A stretch of 64,000 nt of DNA, from contig CALCSG010000430.1 of assembly GCA_937894085.1 (NCBI GenBank), forward strand, positions 97-64,096, read 5' to 3'. Shown one piece after another: positions 61,544-64,000 of this stretch. A program made the translations under genes and the position numbers. How positions within the stretch are numbered: position 1 is the stretch's first letter; each line of letters begins with the position of its first letter. The notes below the pieces were generated by a model that did no database searches, had not been told where the DNA came from, and saw nothing but the letters and a program-made list of their open reading frames with translations. The stretch comes from an uncultured Gammaproteobacteria bacterium. Lineage in GTDB: Bacteria; Pseudomonadota; Gammaproteobacteria; GCA-001735895.

Positions 61544-62824
61544 ATGAACGCAGTGATCGATCAGCAACAAAACCTCGAGCAATACATGCAACAGTTGGGG
61601 AAGCAGGCAAGAGCTGCTTCAGCCATTCTGGCAAATGCTGCGCCAGCGCAGAAAAACGCAGCATTACTGGCAATTGCTGATACCTTAATCAAGCAATCTG
61701 AGCAGTTAAAACAGGCCAATAATAAGGATTTACTGCAGGGCAAAAAGGATGGACTGGATGAGGCTATGCTGGACAGGCTGGAATTAACTGATGCAAGAAT
61801 AGAGGCGATGGTGGAAGGTTTACGCCAGGTTTCGGCGCTGTCCGATCCCATTGGTGAAATAACCGGCATGGATTTCCGTCCTTCGGGCATCCAGGTTGGT
61901 AAGATGAGAGTGCCTCTGGGCGTTATTGGTATTATTTATGAGTCACGTCCGAACGTGACTATCGATGCGGCGGCCCTGTGTTTGAAGTCAGGAAATGCAA
62001 CTATTCTGCGCGGTGGTAAAGAAGCGATAAACTCAAATCAGGCCATTACCGAGTGTATTCGAAGCGGTTTAACAACCGCTGGCTTACCCGAGCATGCGGT
62101 GCAGGTTATCAATACGACAGATCGCGCTGCAGTGGGAATTTTGCTCGGCATGCGTGATGATGTTGATGTGATCATTCCGCGCGGTGGCAAGGGGTTGATA
62201 GAACGGGTTTCCAGGGAAGCGAAAATTCCGGTAATCAAACACCTTGATGGCATCTGTCATGTTTATATTGATGATCAGGCTGATCTGAAAAAAGCTTTTG
62301 ATATCGCTTTAAACTCGAAAACTCATCGTTATGGTGTGTGCAATGCAATGGAAACTTTATTAATTGACAGTTCTGTCGCAGAAAAAGTACTGCCGCAAAT
62401 AGCCGCAGCGATGCGCGACAAGGGTGTTGAGCTAAGAGGTTGTGTAGACACACTGAAAATAGAAAATGAGATGAAGCTTGCCACAGACGAAGACTGGGAT
62501 ACCGAATATCTGGCACCTGTGTTATCGATCCGACTGGTAGATGGTATGCAACAGGCCATTGAGCATATTAACCTGCATGGTTCCCATCATACCGACAGTA
62601 TTGTTACCGAAAATTACACCCGGGCCAGGCTATTTCTGGCGAAGGTGGACTCCAGTTCAGTGATGATCAATGCATCTACCCGTTTTGCTGATGGTTTTGA
62701 ATATGGGCTGGGTGCCGAGATCGGAATCAGTACTGATAAAATTCATGCACGTGGTCCTGTTGGTCTGGAAGGCTTAACGTCGCAGAAATATATTGTTTTT
62801 GGTGACGGGCACATCCGCCAGTGA
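61544..62824 (+). CDS. proA: glutamate-5-semialdehyde dehydrogenase
   Basis: 426 aa with the ALDH-like fold and catalytic Cys region (CNAMETLL). Confidence 0.9.
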   Translation: MNAVIDQQQNLEQYMQQLGKQARAASAILANAAPAQKNAALLAIADTLIKQSEQLKQANNKDLLQGKKDGLDEAMLDRLELTDARIEAMVEGLRQVSALSDPIGEITGMDFRPSGIQVGKMRVPLGVIGIIYESRPNVTIDAAALCLKSGNATILRGGKEAINSNQAITECIRSGLTTAGLPEHAVQVINTTDRAAVGILLGMRDDVDVIIPRGGKGLIERVSREAKIPVIKHLDGICHVYIDDQADLKKAFDIALNSKTHRYGVCNAMETLLIDSSVAEKVLPQIAAAMRDKGVELRGCVDTLKIENEMKLATDEDWDTEYLAPVLSIRLVDGMQQAIEHINLHGSHHTDSIVTENYTRARLFLAKVDSSSVMINASTRFADGFEYGLGAEIGISTDKIHARGPVGLEGLTSQKYIVFGDGHIRQ

Positions 62825-62850
62825 TTTTTAACCGCTAAAATTTAAAGCGA

Positions 62851-63465
62851 ATGATAGCGCTGTATGGAGGCACTTTTAACCCGGTTCATGAAGGCCATAT
62901 TGCGCTGGCAAGAGAAGTTAGAGATGCTTTTGAACTTGAGAGTGTGGAATTTTTACCCAGTTATTTGCCGGTGCACAGAGATGTTCCTGAAGTTTCGGCC
63001 GAAATGCGTAAAAAATTACTGGAAATAGCTCTTGATCCTTACCCGGAGTTAAAACTGAACTGTGATGAAATAAATCGTCAGGGCGCTTCTTTCGCGATCG
63101 ATACTCTACAGTTTATATCAGAAAAATTTCCGCAGCAGGCGTTATGCTGGTTGATGGGGGTCGATGCCTTCAATAATTTTTTGAGCTGGAAAAAACCGTT
63201 GGGGATTTTGCAGCTGGCTAACCTGATTGTGTGTGCCCGCCCTGGTGTGCAACTGGATAATACCATCTTACCAATGCACCATCTGCAAGATTCAGCATCA
63301 TTAAAAAATCATAAAGCGGGCAAAATAGTATTCTATTCCATGCAACCTAATAATTGTTCTTCCACTGAGATCAGGATGTTTTTAAAACAGGGGAAATCTG
63401 TGTCGGGGTGTTTATCTCTGCCTGTGTTAGAATTTATCCATCGACATAATTTATATACAAACTGA
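62851..63465 (+). CDS. nadD: nicotinate-nucleotide adenylyltransferase
   Basis: GGTFNPVHEGH (HxGH) motif. 204 aa. Confidence 0.9.
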   Translation: MIALYGGTFNPVHEGHIALAREVRDAFELESVEFLPSYLPVHRDVPEVSAEMRKKLLEIALDPYPELKLNCDEINRQGASFAIDTLQFISEKFPQQALCWLMGVDAFNNFLSWKKPLGILQLANLIVCARPGVQLDNTILPMHHLQDSASLKNHKAGKIVFYSMQPNNCSSTEIRMFLKQGKSVSGCLSLPVLEFIHRHNLYTN

Positions 63466-63478
63466 GTACACAAAATTA

Positions 63479-63832
63479 ATGACTGAATTGACTACCGATA
63501 AGTTACAGGAGCTTGTTATACAGGCACTTGAAGACCTTAAAGCTGAAAACATTAAATATTTAAACCTGGAAGGTATTAGTGGTTTTACCGATCGCATGGT
63601 ATTTGCCAGTGGTACTTCAAGCCGGCATGTGAAGTCGATCGCTCAATCTGTGGTAGAGGCGAGCAAGAAAGCTAATGTGACTCCTCTGGGTGTAGAAGGT
63701 GAAGATATAGGGGATTGGGTACTGGTGGATCTGGGTGAGATAGTGGTGCATGTAATGCTACCCGAAACCCGTGAATTTTATGATATAGAGCGTTTATGGT
63801 CTGATCAGACAGCCCGGGATAGTAAAGCATAG
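63479..63832 (+). CDS. rsfS: ribosome silencing factor
   Basis: 117 aa with the Iojap/RsfS fold. It follows nadD, a conserved arrangement. Confidence 0.85.
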   Translation: MTELTTDKLQELVIQALEDLKAENIKYLNLEGISGFTDRMVFASGTSSRHVKSIAQSVVEASKKANVTPLGVEGEDIGDWVLVDLGEIVVHVMLPETREFYDIERLWSDQTARDSKA

Positions 63833-63855
63833 AGATTTACTGATAAAACTCACCA

Positions 63856-64000
63856 GTGAATATTCAAATTATTGCTGTCGGGCAAAAAATGCCAAATTGG
63901 GTTGACCTGGCTTTTGATGAGTATGCCAAACGTTTACCCCGGCAGCAAAGTGTACAGCTTAGCTGTATCGCTACCGCATCAAGGAAGTCGGGTCAGAACA
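63856..64000 (+). CDS. rlmH: 23S rRNA (pseudouridine1915-N3)-methyltransferase, 5' partial
   Basis: A GTG start gives VNIQIIAVGQKMPNWV.., the typical RlmH N-terminus. The gene is truncated by the window end. Confidence 0.7.
   Translation, partial: MNIQIIAVGQKMPNWVDLAFDEYAKRLPRQQSVQLSCIATASRKSGQN

Overview
Mostly chromosomal housekeeping DNA from a gammaproteobacterium of about 45% GC, with gene families reminiscent of a marine sulfur-oxidising or methylotroph-like organism. No rRNA genes, tRNA genes or CRISPR arrays were seen, and no convincing phage or defence island. The main units, left to right: a cysJ-cysI-cysH-cysC-DUF2061 assimilatory sulfate-reduction operon on the minus strand; an MscS channel, a LOG-family protein, a P-type cation ATPase and an MBL/beta-CASP hydrolase; an orphan CbbO/NorD-like vWA protein; two tandem PPK2 polyphosphate kinases, one with a histone-H1-like tail; mutM and MipA; a four-gene ABC-2/GldG/DUF4340 transporter module; rpmB-rpmG; folB-folK; a PAS-GGDEF protein; a His-rich metal transporter; hisC; a TerB-like protein; a thiamine ABC operon (thiB-thiP-thiQ plus a ThiK-like kinase) behind an atypical TPP riboswitch; cheV, an SDR pteridine reductase, a MidA methyltransferase and uppP; an MCP translationally coupled to a periplasmic rhodanese; a glcD-glcE-cytochrome c'-dihaem cytochrome c-glcF operon lying divergent to a serine/alanine-glyoxylate aminotransferase; VanZ and DUF3047 proteins; nadC; a DUF1329-DUF1302-RND/MMPL exporter cluster; a DUF302 protein; a second MCP; and holA-proA-nadD-rsfS-rlmH. 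The larger intergenic gaps carry two families of small non-coding repeats. One is a MITE-like element with CACCACGAAG...CACGAAGA terminal inverted repeats, present in two copies plus one solo end. The other is a palindromic family built around a GGAATCCATT core, which includes a (CATTCCCGG)x5 microsatellite. The findings most worth a second look are the cytochrome-containing GlcDEF operon, the split TPP riboswitch, the repeat families, the DUF1329/DUF1302/RND cluster and the rhodanese-MCP pair. All calls rest on motif and architecture recognition by eye; I ran no database searches.
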